Below, piece by piece: positions 10,734-20,803 of a stretch of DNA of 64,000 nucleotides. The position numbers and the translations under genes are program-made. The first letter of the stretch is position 1; each line of letters begins with the position of its first letter. The notes below the pieces were generated by a model that saw nothing but the letters and a program-made list of their open reading frames with translations, made no database searches and was not told the origin of the DNA. Where the stretch lies: contig CBFGTS010000009.1 in the NCBI GenBank assembly GCA_965652295.1, forward strand, positions 64,001-128,000, given 5' to 3'. This DNA is from an uncultured Haloferula sp. Its GTDB lineage: Bacteria; Verrucomicrobiota; Verrucomicrobiia; Verrucomicrobiales; Akkermansiaceae.

Positions 10734-12065
10734 TCAAACCGTCGCCATCTCAGCCTGCGTCTTCGAAGTACGAACCGCATAGTGCTCGGGCGGCTGCGTA
10801 TCCCAGACGAGGTGCTTCGTCGACCATCCCACCAACCCGCGGCCATACCGGCTGCGGGTCGTCACCCCCGAGACCATCCGCGTGATATGGCCGGTCAGGT
10901 GCTTTTCCATCAAAGACGGAAGCTGCCATTTCCCGTAGGCCTCGCGCAGCTTCGTGCCGGCCTCGTACATCGAGAACATCCGTCCGTCGTAGAAATATTC
11001 GATGATCTCGCCCCACGCGGCGTGCCAATCGAGCATCTCCTCCTTCACCTTCTCCAGCCGCTTCGCCATCTTCTGCGGCTGGTCGAGCACCTTCGGCCCG
11101 CTGGCGAAAACCTTCTCGTCGAGCAGCTCCGCCATGTGCATCGCCATGAAAAGCCCCGGCGAAAGCATCGGATCGACAAAGCCGAACGAGTCCCCCGCCG
11201 AGATCCAGCCCGGTCCATGCGCACGATCGGAGATGAGCTGGTAGTTGGTATAGGTTTTCACCTCGGTGACACGTTTCCGGTTCTTTCCCGGCCCGGCAAG
11301 GATCGGCTGCGAGTCGATGATCGACTCCATCCGTTCCTCCGCGGTGTCGCCGTGCTGTTTGGCGATCTCCTTGTCGATCACCACGCCCACCGACAGCCGG
11401 CCGGGCAGCGGAATCCGCCAGCTCCAGCCGTGGTCCAGAATGGAAATCACCACCTGTCCCTCGGTCATGCTGGTCGCTTCGAAATCTTCATAGTGGGCGA
11501 AGTAGGCCACGTCATTCCGCGTGCCCTTTTTCGCCGTCAGGCCCAGCACCTTCGCAAAGGCACGCGTGCGGCCGGTGGCATCGACGAGCAACTTCGGATG
11601 CGCTCCCCCAAGCTCCGGCACGACCGAAAGCGTTTCCGGGGAGAGCCGCACTTCGCGCTCATCATCGCCTTTCTCCACCGACGCCCGGTGGTTCACGAAC
11701 ACCACGCCCAGTTCCTCCGCGCGGTCGCGCAGCAGGTTGTCGAACTCCGGACGCGGGATGTTGTAGGAGTAGTTCGGCGTTTTCCCGAGCACCCCGGCAG
11801 GGAAAAGGAAATCAAGCCGCTGGCCATCGCGATGCACGAAGGCAACGCCAGGCTTGAACTGCGAGAACTGCTTCACCCGATCCTCGATCCCGAGGCGGCG
11901 CATGAGATCGACCACGGTCGGCAGCAACGATTCGCCCACCAGCAGCTCGGGACGACGTTCGTCATCGAAACAGATGACCTTGAAACCCCGCTTCACCAAC
12001 AGCGCTCCCAGCGTGCTCCCCGCCGGCCCGGCCCCCAAAATCCCCACGTCGAACGCGTCGCTCAT
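10734..12065 (-). CDS. FAD-dependent halogenase-like oxidoreductase (tryptophan halogenase superfamily)
   Basis: GAGPAG FAD motif, VGESLLP, FKPG (conserved Lys position), GWSWRIPL (WxWxIP) and GDSFGFVDPMLSPG. Confidence 0.8.
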   Translation of the reverse strand: MSDAFDVGILGAGPAGSTLGALLVKRGFKVICFDDERRPELLVGESLLPTVVDLMRRLGIEDRVKQFSQFKPGVAFVHRDGQRLDFLFPAGVLGKTPNYSYNIPRPEFDNLLRDRAEELGVVFVNHRASVEKGDDEREVRLSPETLSVVPELGGAHPKLLVDATGRTRAFAKVLGLTAKKGTRNDVAYFAHYEDFEATSMTEGQVVISILDHGWSWRIPLPGRLSVGVVIDKEIAKQHGDTAEERMESIIDSQPILAGPGKNRKRVTEVKTYTNYQLISDRAHGPGWISAGDSFGFVDPMLSPGLFMAMHMAELLDEKVFASGPKVLDQPQKMAKRLEKVKEEMLDWHAAWGEIIEYFYDGRMFSMYEAGTKLREAYGKWQLPSLMEKHLTGHITRMVSGVTTRSRYGRGLVGWSTKHLVWDTQPPEHYAVRTSKTQAEMATV

Positions 12066-12199
12066 GCCGCGTTTCTTACTGCCAATCCGTCACCGCTCAA
12101 ACCGGAAATTCGCACACTTGGGCCAAGCTCCCACTTCCGATTTCCGTTTCCCCGTTGGACTCGTCCGTTTCCTCGGCTAAAGCTCCCGCAACCGAAATC

Positions 12200-12832
12200 A
12201 TGCTCCGCTTTTCCCTCTTCGGCATTCCCATCGTCGTCCAGCCGTGGTTCTGGGCCACGCTCGCCCTCTTCGGTGGTGCGATCAGCGCACGTGACCCCGA
12301 ATCCATTCTGCGGGTCGTTCTGTTCATCCTCGCCGGCTTCCTCTCGATTTTGGTCCACGAACTCGGCCACGCCCTCACCGCAAAGTCCTTTGGTGCCTGG
12401 CCGAACATCGTGCTCCAAGCCTTCGGCGGCTACGCAACCTACGACGGTCGCGGGATCACCCGCGGCAAGGATCTCCTGATCACCGCCGCCGGACCTGCCG
12501 TCCAGATCCTGCTCGGGCTTATTTTCCTCGGCGTTCTTTTGTTCGTGCCGCTGCCCACGCCACCCGCCCAGGCGTTTGTGGAATTCGTGGCGGTCATCAG
12601 CATCTTTTGGGCAGTGCTCAATCTGGTTCCGGTCATCCCGCTTGATGGCGGCCGCCTGGTCGCCGCCATGCTCGGGCCGGGTAAGCAATTGCTCGCCCAC
12701 AAGATCAGCATCGTGACCGCCATCGCAGCCGGGGTCGGGTCCATGTATTATCTCAACAGCTTCATTTTCCCGATCTTCATGCTGCTGATGGCCCACCAGA
12801 ACTGGCAGGCTGTGCAATACCTGAAGCGCTGA
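12200..12832 (+). CDS. Site-2 protease (M50 family) membrane metalloprotease
   Basis: HELGH, AAGP and NLVPVIPLDGG motifs within hydrophobic segments. Confidence 0.9.
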   Translation: MLRFSLFGIPIVVQPWFWATLALFGGAISARDPESILRVVLFILAGFLSILVHELGHALTAKSFGAWPNIVLQAFGGYATYDGRGITRGKDLLITAAGPAVQILLGLIFLGVLLFVPLPTPPAQAFVEFVAVISIFWAVLNLVPVIPLDGGRLVAAMLGPGKQLLAHKISIVTAIAAGVGSMYYLNSFIFPIFMLLMAHQNWQAVQYLKR

Positions 12833-12839
12833 CAAAGCT

Positions 12840-13577
12840 TCAGACAAACATCCGCACCGCGGCGATCGCGGCGAAGGCGAGGATCATCCACTCGAATCCC
12901 CGCTGCGGCACGCGGTGAAGCAGGCTTTTCCCGACCAGGATGCCCGCGACGATCGCCGGGGCGAGCATCAGGTCGGCGGTGAGGGAATCGAGGTGGATCG
13001 TGCCGAGATTGCGGTTCAAGGGCACCTTGATCAGGTTCACCAGCAGGAAGAAGCGCGCGCCGATTCCGATCAGCTCCATCTTCGGGATGCTCCGCGACAG
13101 CAGGTAGAGCTGGAAAACAGGCCCGGCGGCGTTGGCCAGCATGGTGGTCACGCCGGCCGCCACGCCCGCACCGGTCCCGAAAGCTCGATGACCGGCGATT
13201 TTCTCCAGAACCCCCGGCCGGGCGAACCTCAGCCCCTGGAGTGCGAGCATCAGCAGAATCAGCACCCCGATCAGCCGGCGGGCGAACATTTCCTCCACGT
13301 TCCCCAGCAACCACCAACCCAGCGCCAGACCGACAACCGTGGCGGGCAGGAGTTTCCACACATCCTGCCAGCTGCCGTGCTTGCGAAAAGCGGGATACAC
13401 GCAGAGGTCGGCAATGAGCAACAGCGGCAACGCGAAGCCCGCCTGCGCCTTCGCCCCGAACATCTGGGTGAAGATCGCCACCGCGATCAGCGAAGTCCCG
13501 CTGAAGCCCGACTTGGCAAAGCCGATGCAGAACGCCGCCACCCCCGCCAGCACCCAATTTTCCCATCCGGAAATCAC
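12840..13577 (-). CDS. Sulfite exporter TauE/SafE family membrane protein
   Basis: IGFAKSGFSG and GVTTMLANAAGP motifs, with multiple TM segments. Confidence 0.85.
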   Translation of the reverse strand: MISGWENWVLAGVAAFCIGFAKSGFSGTSLIAVAIFTQMFGAKAQAGFALPLLLIADLCVYPAFRKHGSWQDVWKLLPATVVGLALGWWLLGNVEEMFARRLIGVLILLMLALQGLRFARPGVLEKIAGHRAFGTGAGVAAGVTTMLANAAGPVFQLYLLSRSIPKMELIGIGARFFLLVNLIKVPLNRNLGTIHLDSLTADLMLAPAIVAGILVGKSLLHRVPQRGFEWMILAFAAIAAVRMFV

Positions 13578-13662
13578 GGACCGTTGTTAGGCGCAGGGCC
13601 GCCGTCCCGCAAGACAGACCCGGAGCTTGCCCGCTCACCCCGATTCCCCCACCGTGCGCTTC

Positions 13663-14175
13663 ATGGAGAATCCTTACGCCTCCTCGCCCGCGGGGAACAA
13701 TCCAGCTCCCGGCAGCTCCGATCCCGGAATTTCCCAGCAGGCGATCCAAGCATTGGCCGGCACCAAACCATGGGTCCGCCTTTGCTCGGTGATCGGCTTC
13801 ATCGGCAGCGGATTCATGGTCCTCGGCGGGATCTTCATGATCCTGGGAGGCGCCGTGGGGCTGTCCCAGATCTCCGAGTCCTCGCCGCTGGGCTTCGCCC
13901 CCCTGGCCCTGATGGGGTTTGTTTACCTCATCCTCGCCTTTCTCTACATCTATCCGTCCGTCAAACTCTGGGCCTACGGGAGCCGGATCGTGGAGCTGAT
14001 GTCCAGCCGCGCCGAAGTCGATCTCATCGCCGCCCTGGACGCGCAGCGGGCCTTCTGGAAATTCGTCGGCATCATGATCAGCATCGTCATCGGGATCTAC
14101 ATCGTCGCGGCCGTCATCGGAGTCATCGTGCTCATCTTCGGAGCCGCCGCAGCGAGTTCCGCAGCCAGCCCGTAG
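13663..14175 (+). CDS. Membrane protein, DUF5362-like
   Basis: MENPYASS start, LAGTKPWVR and QRAFWKFVGI pattern, with three TM helices. Confidence 0.7.
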   Translation: MENPYASSPAGNNPAPGSSDPGISQQAIQALAGTKPWVRLCSVIGFIGSGFMVLGGIFMILGGAVGLSQISESSPLGFAPLALMGFVYLILAFLYIYPSVKLWAYGSRIVELMSSRAEVDLIAALDAQRAFWKFVGIMISIVIGIYIVAAVIGVIVLIFGAAAASSAASP

Positions 14176-14377
14176 CCAGCTTGCTGGGAGCGGCGAAACA
14201 CGTTCGCCGTGAACCGCCAAAAGAGGCGGCTCCCGGAAACCACTTCCGGTGGATCGGTTCCGCCGTCTCCGAGCATTCAGAGTAGGATGGCCGCGAGCAG
14301 AGCGTGCCGGGCAATCCACCTGCGGCTGCATTTTGAAGTTTGAAAGCCACCGTTTCCCGCCTACCCCTCGCCCCGAC

Positions 14378-15661
14378 ATGAAGATCGTCGTCGCATACTC
14401 AGGAGGGCTCGACACCTCCGTCCTCCTCCTCTGGCTCAAGGAAAAATACAACGCCGAGATCATCGCCTACTGCTCCGATTGCGGGCAGGGCGAGGAACTC
14501 GACGGCCTCGAAGCCAAGGCGCTCAGCACCGGCGCCTCGAAGTGCTACATCGACGACCAGAAGGAGGAATTCGCACGCGACTTCATCTTCCCGATGTTCC
14601 AGGCCAACGCGCTCTATGAGGGCCGCTATTTCCTCGGCACCTCGATCGCCCGCCCGTGCATCACCAAGGGCATGATCGAAGTCGCCCTCAAGGAAGGCGC
14701 CGACGCCATCGCCCACGGAGCCACCGGCAAGGGCAACGATCAGGTCCGCTTCGAGCTCTCCGCCGCCGCGCTGGCGCCCGACATCAAGGTCATCGCCCCC
14801 TGGCGCGACGCCGAATTCCGCAAGCAGTTCCCCGGCCGCGCCGAAATGATCGCCTACGCCGAGGCCCACAACATCCCGGTCAAGGCTTCCATGAAGAAGC
14901 CCTACTCCATGGACCGCAACCTCCTGCACATCTCCTTCGAGGCCGGAGCGCTTGAGGACGTCTGGCACGATGCCACCGGCGAAGCCGACAAGGACATGTA
15001 TGTGCTCTCCGTTTCCCCGGAAGACGCCCCGGATCAACCCCAGCACCTCCAGCTGCTTTTCGAGAAGGGGAACGTCATCGGCCTCCAAACCGAGGGCCTC
15101 TCCGAAATCATCGCCGACCTGGGTGATTTTCAGCCGAGCGGCGAAAAGGACGGCTACACGCTGCTCAGCCCCTACGGCGTGATGCGCGTGCTCAACGCCC
15201 TCGGCGGCAAGCACGGGATCGGCCGGATCGACGTCGTCGAGAACCGCTTCGTCGGCATGAAGTCCCGCGGCATTTACGAAACTCCCGGCGGTGCCATCCT
15301 CATGGCCGCCCACCGCGACCTCGAAACCCTGGTGATGGACCGCGAGCTCCAACTCACCCGCGACACGCTCATCCCGAAGTACGCGCAGCTCGTTTACAAC
15401 GGCTTCTGGTTCGCACCCGAGCGCGAGGCCATCCAGGCACTCGTCACCGAAAGCCAGAAGACGGTTTCCGGGGAAGTCCGCGTGAAGCTTTACAAGGGCA
15501 ACGTCATGCAAGCCGGCCGTCGCAGCCCCTACAGCATGTATTCCGAAGCCATCGCCACCATGGAAGGTGGCCAGGAAGCCGCCTACAACCAGGACGACGC
15601 CACCGGCTTCATCGCCCTCAACGCGCTGCGCCTCAAGGCCAACGCCCGCCAGCCGAAGTAA
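14378..15661 (+). CDS. argG: Argininosuccinate synthase
   Basis: [36 protein letters not shown] and [17 protein letters not shown]. Confidence 0.97.
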   Translation: MKIVVAYSGGLDTSVLLLWLKEKYNAEIIAYCSDCGQGEELDGLEAKALSTGASKCYIDDQKEEFARDFIFPMFQANALYEGRYFLGTSIARPCITKGMIEVALKEGADAIAHGATGKGNDQVRFELSAAALAPDIKVIAPWRDAEFRKQFPGRAEMIAYAEAHNIPVKASMKKPYSMDRNLLHISFEAGALEDVWHDATGEADKDMYVLSVSPEDAPDQPQHLQLLFEKGNVIGLQTEGLSEIIADLGDFQPSGEKDGYTLLSPYGVMRVLNALGGKHGIGRIDVVENRFVGMKSRGIYETPGGAILMAAHRDLETLVMDRELQLTRDTLIPKYAQLVYNGFWFAPEREAIQALVTESQKTVSGEVRVKLYKGNVMQAGRRSPYSMYSEAIATMEGGQEAAYNQDDATGFIALNALRLKANARQPK

Positions 15662-15714
15662 GGACGGCTGCCTTCCCGAGCCGCTCCCATTCTTCGCCGA
15701 CTTCTCACCCTCCC

Positions 15715-15746
15715 GCCCCGCGTGCCTGCCCGGCCGCGGGGCTTTT
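15715..15746 (+). terminator. Probable intrinsic terminator after argG
   Basis: gccccgcg...cgcggggc stem followed by tttt. Confidence 0.5.
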
Positions 15747-15917
15747 CACGCCAAGCACCGCCCTTCTCCCCCTAAATACTTCAGCTTCCCTGATTGTTAG
15801 AAAACCCTCACAAGAACTTTCTTTTCATTTCAACGGATTCGAGCTTCAATCCCTCAAATTCAGGGAGCTTCGCCCCAATCTGACCCTGTTTCCATCACCT
15901 GTTCCACCCCCACCCCT

Positions 15918-16448
15918 ATGAAAAAGCTGATCTTCGCCGCTTGCAGCGCCGCCCTGCTGTCCGCTGCTCCAGCGATGGCCGATGACTGCCAACCTGTGAT
16001 CGAGCGCATCGCTTCGACCGCCGCCCGTTCGAAGGCCGATCCGATCGAGCTGCTGAAGCTCGTTGACATCGAAGTGACGGCCTACCCGGGTTGCTCGTGT
16101 GAGATCGTCAAAGCCGCCATCCTCGGCACCGATTGCGACGACGCGATCGTCGGCTACGTGGTGGAAACCGCCATCCACTCCGCGCCGGACCAGATGCGCC
16201 TGATCGCCCAGTGTGCGATCGCCACCGCGCCGGGCTCGCTCGATCGCGTTCAGGAAGTGCTGGCCCGTCTTGACCCCGGCGCCGGTGAAGCCGCCAAGAG
16301 TGCGAAAAGCGCCAAGAGCGCGAAGGAGATCGAGGTGAAGCCCGCCGCCAGCATGCCCGATCCCTTGGATATTCCGATCATCTCCATCCCGCCGATCCCG
16401 CCGGTGATCAATCCGCCGCCGTCGACCCGCTCCGACTTCGGCCGCTGA
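15918..16448 (+). CDS. Secreted helical hypothetical protein with an SAK tripeptide repeat and Pro-rich tail
   Basis: Signal peptide MKKLIFAACSAALLSAAPAMA; AKSAKSAKSAKE; followed by a terminator. Confidence 0.8.
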   Translation: MKKLIFAACSAALLSAAPAMADDCQPVIERIASTAARSKADPIELLKLVDIEVTAYPGCSCEIVKAAILGTDCDDAIVGYVVETAIHSAPDQMRLIAQCAIATAPGSLDRVQEVLARLDPGAGEAAKSAKSAKSAKEIEVKPAASMPDPLDIPIISIPPIPPVINPPPSTRSDFGR

Positions 16449-16473
16449 ATTTCAGCCTCCCGACCTTCTTTTC

Positions 16474-16510
16474 AAAGCCGGCTCCTTTTCGAAGGTGCCG
16501 GCTTTTTCTT
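16474..16510. terminator. Intrinsic terminator, possibly bidirectional
   Basis: aaagccggc-tccttttcgaaggt-gccggcttttt between convergent genes. Confidence 0.75.
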
Positions 16511-16545
16511 GGCACATCGGCCTGACTCCAGAGTAGCCCGTCTCC

Positions 16546-18918
16546 TCATTTCGCGTCCCGCCCGCTTCGGACGCCCGGAAGGAGGAACACCGAGACAGCC
16601 ATCGAAATCAGAATCCCCAGCAGCGCGACTTTTCCCAGACTCGCCAGGGCATCGATGGAGGCGAACGCCAGCGAGCCGAAACCGATCGCCGTGGAGGCCC
16701 CACAGAAGAGCACGGCTTTTCCGGTGCCGTTCCACACGTTCCGCCGGTCCGCCCCACTGCGGCGGAGCGCCAGCAGGATGTGAATGCCATAGTCCAGCCC
16801 GGTGCCCAGCAGCAGCGGCGTGGCGGCGATGTTCATGAAATTCCACTCCAGTCCCACCAGCCGCATCACCGCCAGCAGCACCAAGCCACTGATAGCCATC
16901 GCGGAAACAGAAGCGACCACATCACGGACATTCCGAAAAACGAAAGCCAGCATCACCAGCATCAGCCCCGCCATCGGCAGAAAGACTTCCATCACATCCT
17001 TCTTCACCAAGGGCAGCACCGCCGGGCGGAGCAGGGCCCAGCCGGCCAGCATCACCCCCTCGCCGCCCGCCGCCCGCAGGCGATCGAGGTCCGCCGCATC
17101 CAATTCATCCGGCGCGAAAAGCTCCACAGTTCCCAAGACCCTGCCACCGCCGGATTCCGCACGCGCCACGGTGCCGCGAAGAATTTCCTCCACCGCGCCG
17201 CCCGCCGGCATCCGCCCGGCAGGCCAGGCGGTCACCTCGGGGATGGCTTCGAGCACCATTTTGCCCAGTCCCAGGCCCTCTTCGGAAAAGCCCGCCTCAT
17301 CCGCCACCGCCAGCAGGCGTTCTCGGTCTTCGCCGAGCGCCGCCAGCGCCTCGCGGTTGCGCTCGATGTGCGCTGGATCCGGCCACCATCCCGATGGCAC
17401 ATCGACCCGCCGCACCTGCTCCGGCCACTCCCGCGCCAGCTCGGCGTAATCCCGCTCGGCGGCCGCCAGATGCTCCCGCACCTCCGCGTCGCTTCCCCCC
17501 TCCACCACCAGCTTCAACGCCGGTGCACCCCATTCCGGAAACGCCACCTGGATCCGCTCGAAGGTCTCCATCGCCGTGCTGTCCCGCGGACGTAGCAGGG
17601 ATCGATCGAACGCCACTCCCGGCACTCCCTTTAAAATCAACACACCCGTGGCCGCCAGCACCAGCACGGCGGTCCCGATCCAGGCCCCGCGACGCGGGGG
17701 AATCCACGACCGCTTTCCCTCGATCGACGGCCGCCCTGCCCCGGCCCGCGCCACCCAGGGCACGAAGAGCAGAACCATCAACACCGCGCCCGCGATCACC
17801 CCGCAGGCCACCACCGTGCCCAGCTGGGAAATGCCCGGCATCCCGCTAAGATTCAGCGCGAAAAACACCGAAGCCGTGGTCGCCGCCGCCCACAAAATCG
17901 ACTTCATCGTGGCCCTGCGGATCGCCTGCGAATCGTGCCCGCAAAGCTTCGCCTCCTGGCAGATCAGCACCCCGTAGTCGACCACCAACCCGAGCAGGAT
18001 CGCCGCAAAACCCGCGGCCATGATACTAAGATCTCCGTAGATCCAACCCGCCATCCCCGCCGTCACCGCGAACACCACCGCCAGCACTCCACCCAGGCCC
18101 AGCAGCAGCCCGTGGCGGCGCTGCATCACGAGAAACAGCACCCCGATCAGGATCGAGGTCATGGTCGCCGTGCCGCTCATATCCTTTTCCATGGCTCCGC
18201 CGATCTCCGCCTCGAAAGCCGGATCCCCGGTGAAGCCGACGGTCACTCCGTGCTCCGCCGCCCATGGATCGATGACCTCGCTCAGATCCGCCAGCCACGC
18301 GCCCGCCTCCTTGTAGCCGCTGACCGGCTGCGGGGCGTCGATGAAGACCAGCTGCGAACGTCCGTCACCACTCGCGAACCCCTCCCCGCCGTGCTCGGAG
18401 GCCTCGAAGAAGCCGCGCATCGCCGGGTGATCGAGAAACCCGAACGGATCGTGCGCGGAGAGCATCAGCTCGCCGCCATCCAGCGCCGTGGCGATTTCCT
18501 CCAGCGCTTCATCGAGCGTCGCGTTCACCTGACCTTCGGACAGCGCTCCCACCAGCCGCTCCACCTCCTGCGGGTCACCGTTCAGCCACAACCACGCAAA
18601 CAACTCGCCCAGCCCATCCGGATCGTCCTGCCAGCGGGGCCTCCACCTCACCCCCTTCGCCAGCCCCGCCTCCATCACGCGGGCCGAAAGCTCCCTCGCG
18701 AGCTTCTCCAGATCCTCGTCCCCCGCCTCACTTTGCAGCAAGACCACCAGCTCTTCGTCGCGGGAGAATACCTCCTGGAAGGCCCGCAGCCCCTTCGCCT
18801 CCGGCAAATCCGCGGGCAGCACGGAAAGCACGTCGGTATCGATCCTGATCCGCAGCATGCCCGATGCCGCCACGACGACCGCCACCACCAGCAGAACCCA
18901 TTTCCATGCTCCTCGCAT
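16546..18918 (-). CDS. MMPL/RND family exporter
   Basis: Two TM clusters, GLVVDYG and GTGLDYGIH, and ASTAIGFGSL. Start placed at MRGAWKW. Confidence 0.88.
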   Translation of the reverse strand: MRGAWKWVLLVVAVVVAASGMLRIRIDTDVLSVLPADLPEAKGLRAFQEVFSRDEELVVLLQSEAGDEDLEKLARELSARVMEAGLAKGVRWRPRWQDDPDGLGELFAWLWLNGDPQEVERLVGALSEGQVNATLDEALEEIATALDGGELMLSAHDPFGFLDHPAMRGFFEASEHGGEGFASGDGRSQLVFIDAPQPVSGYKEAGAWLADLSEVIDPWAAEHGVTVGFTGDPAFEAEIGGAMEKDMSGTATMTSILIGVLFLVMQRRHGLLLGLGGVLAVVFAVTAGMAGWIYGDLSIMAAGFAAILLGLVVDYGVLICQEAKLCGHDSQAIRRATMKSILWAAATTASVFFALNLSGMPGISQLGTVVACGVIAGAVLMVLLFVPWVARAGAGRPSIEGKRSWIPPRRGAWIGTAVLVLAATGVLILKGVPGVAFDRSLLRPRDSTAMETFERIQVAFPEWGAPALKLVVEGGSDAEVREHLAAAERDYAELAREWPEQVRRVDVPSGWWPDPAHIERNREALAALGEDRERLLAVADEAGFSEEGLGLGKMVLEAIPEVTAWPAGRMPAGGAVEEILRGTVARAESGGGRVLGTVELFAPDELDAADLDRLRAAGGEGVMLAGWALLRPAVLPLVKKDVMEVFLPMAGLMLVMLAFVFRNVRDVVASVSAMAISGLVLLAVMRLVGLEWNFMNIAATPLLLGTGLDYGIHILLALRRSGADRRNVWNGTGKAVLFCGASTAIGFGSLAFASIDALASLGKVALLGILISMAVSVFLLPGVRSGRDAK

Positions 18919-19046
18919 GCGCGCATCCCGCCCGCTGCCCGCTCCCATTCCAAGCCCGAAATCCAAAGGACATCGGGACGGCAGGCTCCGCGCCTTCCGC
19001 TCATTTCTCCATTGCATTCCGGCCGGGCCACCTTCCCATTCTTTGC

Positions 19047-19676
19047 ATGCGCTTGCTTTTCCTCCTCCTGCTCGCCGTCACCGCCCGCGCCGAGGTCGAC
19101 ACCGGGCCTTTGAAAGCCTGGCTGGAGGGACAGAAATCCGTGAAGACCCTCGACGCCGAGTTCACTCAGGAACGCACGCTGGCTGCCCTGAAAAAGCCCG
19201 TTTCCACGCCCGGCCGTCTCACCCTCGCGAAACCCGGCAAGCTGCGCTGGGATCTCGGCAACCCACCCAAAACCATCGCCGTCTCCGATGGCGAGACGAT
19301 GACCCTCGTCGATGTCGAAAAGAAGCGCGCCCGCCGACTCGATGCCGATTCCTCACGCGCCCGCTCGTTTTCCCTGCTCGGCGACGATGCCCTGAACGGA
19401 GGGCTTGAGGGATTCACCCAGGCCTTCGAGCTGGTCGAATCCCGGGTCACCAACGGGATCTATCAGCTCACCACCCGTCCAAAGGACCGCCGCATGCGCG
19501 ACCAGATCGGCTACGTGTTCTTCGATATCGACCCCTCCACGAACCAGCTCCGCGCCTTGGAAATCCGCCTCGACGACAAATCCCGCATCCGCACGGTTTT
19601 CCGCAACACACGGATCAACCCAAAGGTCCCGGACAGCCGTTTCCAGGTCGACCTCACCGGATACAAAGTCCTGTGA
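19047..19676 (+). CDS. LolA-like periplasmic lipid/lipoprotein carrier
   Basis: Signal peptide, then TLDAEFTQER...PGKLRWD...IAVSDGET, ending in RFQVDLTGY. Confidence 0.82.
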   Translation: MRLLFLLLLAVTARAEVDTGPLKAWLEGQKSVKTLDAEFTQERTLAALKKPVSTPGRLTLAKPGKLRWDLGNPPKTIAVSDGETMTLVDVEKKRARRLDADSSRARSFSLLGDDALNGGLEGFTQAFELVESRVTNGIYQLTTRPKDRRMRDQIGYVFFDIDPSTNQLRALEIRLDDKSRIRTVFRNTRINPKVPDSRFQVDLTGYKVL

Positions 19677-19770
19677 ATCTCCACCTTTCAGCAATAGCAG
19701 CCCCCGCTGGGGTTCATCCCTTTGTACTGAATTGCTTTGGTTTGGAAAATCGGACAGCGTAAGTGGAACC

Positions 19771-20133
19771 ATGAAGGCGCGATTATTTTTCCTCATCGCC
19801 ACTGCGGGTTTGCTGGTTGCCTCTGGGACCGGCTACCTTCTCCGGGATTTCTTTTCCGGAGTCACCCTGAACGTCTGCGCAGCCGCTGGAGGCTCCATCA
19901 CCGCGCTCTTGCTCCACAGCTTCTTCCATCGACTGCGCTCGAAGGTGGTCAGGGCCTTCATCGGTCCCATTCTCCTTTTCCTCGCTCTCTGTATCGGCTT
20001 GCCGGATCAAGGCAAACTCCTGGGAATCTCCGTGCTGTGGGCAGGGCTGATCTTCGGTGTCGTCGAGGCGCTGGCTCAGTTGAACGAACACGGGTTGGTG
20101 TCGGATCACCTTCGCAACCGGGCTGAACTTTAG
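19771..20133 (+). CDS. Small hydrophobic membrane protein
   Basis: ATG 19771, with about four hydrophobic segments. Codon usage is less GC-biased than neighbours. Confidence 0.5.
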   Translation: MKARLFFLIATAGLLVASGTGYLLRDFFSGVTLNVCAAAGGSITALLLHSFFHRLRSKVVRAFIGPILLFLALCIGLPDQGKLLGISVLWAGLIFGVVEALAQLNEHGLVSDHLRNRAEL

Positions 20134-20283
20134 ATTCAGCACGTCGATCTCGCCTCTGGACCAGCGTGCGATCCACGAGTCCGAGCGGGCGAAAGTGGGA
20201 AGCAGACTCAATCACTTCATAACCCACCCTGCGCTTGCTGATCTCGGTGGACCCGATTCCGATCGCATTGCGGGACCGGTAGC

Positions 20284-20652
20284 CTATTCGACGAAACGGA
20301 TCTTCGCGCCGGGCACTTCACCGCGGGCCATGGCTTCGTGCTGCTCGTCGGTGCAGGCGGAATTGGTGGGGGCATCGGCGTCGGCGTCGCTCTTCTGGAG
20401 GTAGCCGTGCTCGATCATCCAGGCTTCGACTTCCTCGCCGGAAATGTCGGCCAGCATGGTGCCATCGATTTCGACACACGGGGAAAGCGGCTGACCGCTC
20501 TTCTGCTCCATCTCCCAGCGGAAGGCGGGGTTCTTGATGATGTCCTTCTCCTCGAACGGGAGCTCGTATTTCCGCATGATGGCGCGGACGCCCTCGCTCC
20601 AGCCGCAGAAGGTTTTCAGGTAGGCGGTGATCTTCGGTTGGGAATCGCTCAT
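20284..20652 (-). CDS. Monothiol glutaredoxin-like protein
   Basis: YLKTFCGWS (CGxS-type site) and SGQPLSPCVEIDG. Confidence 0.8.
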   Translation of the reverse strand: MSDSQPKITAYLKTFCGWSEGVRAIMRKYELPFEEKDIIKNPAFRWEMEQKSGQPLSPCVEIDGTMLADISGEEVEAWMIEHGYLQKSDADADAPTNSACTDEQHEAMARGEVPGAKIRFVE

Positions 20653-20803
20653 GGCGGCGAAGATAGCGGGCATCCGGGGGCCGGCAAGTCCCGGCATTCA
20701 GCGCGCTTCCGAAGATTTCGGGGCAGCATGGGACCCTCGGCGTCCACCGGCCAGTCACGCCCTCAGCAGAGTTCGATTAAAAGCGAGGTAGATGGCCCAC
20801 CTC

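Noticed and set aside
14176..14377. Structured-looking leader upstream of argG (possible riboswitch or ARG box)
   Set aside because: Several weak GC stems, but no recognisable riboswitch core or AT-rich ArgR palindrome.
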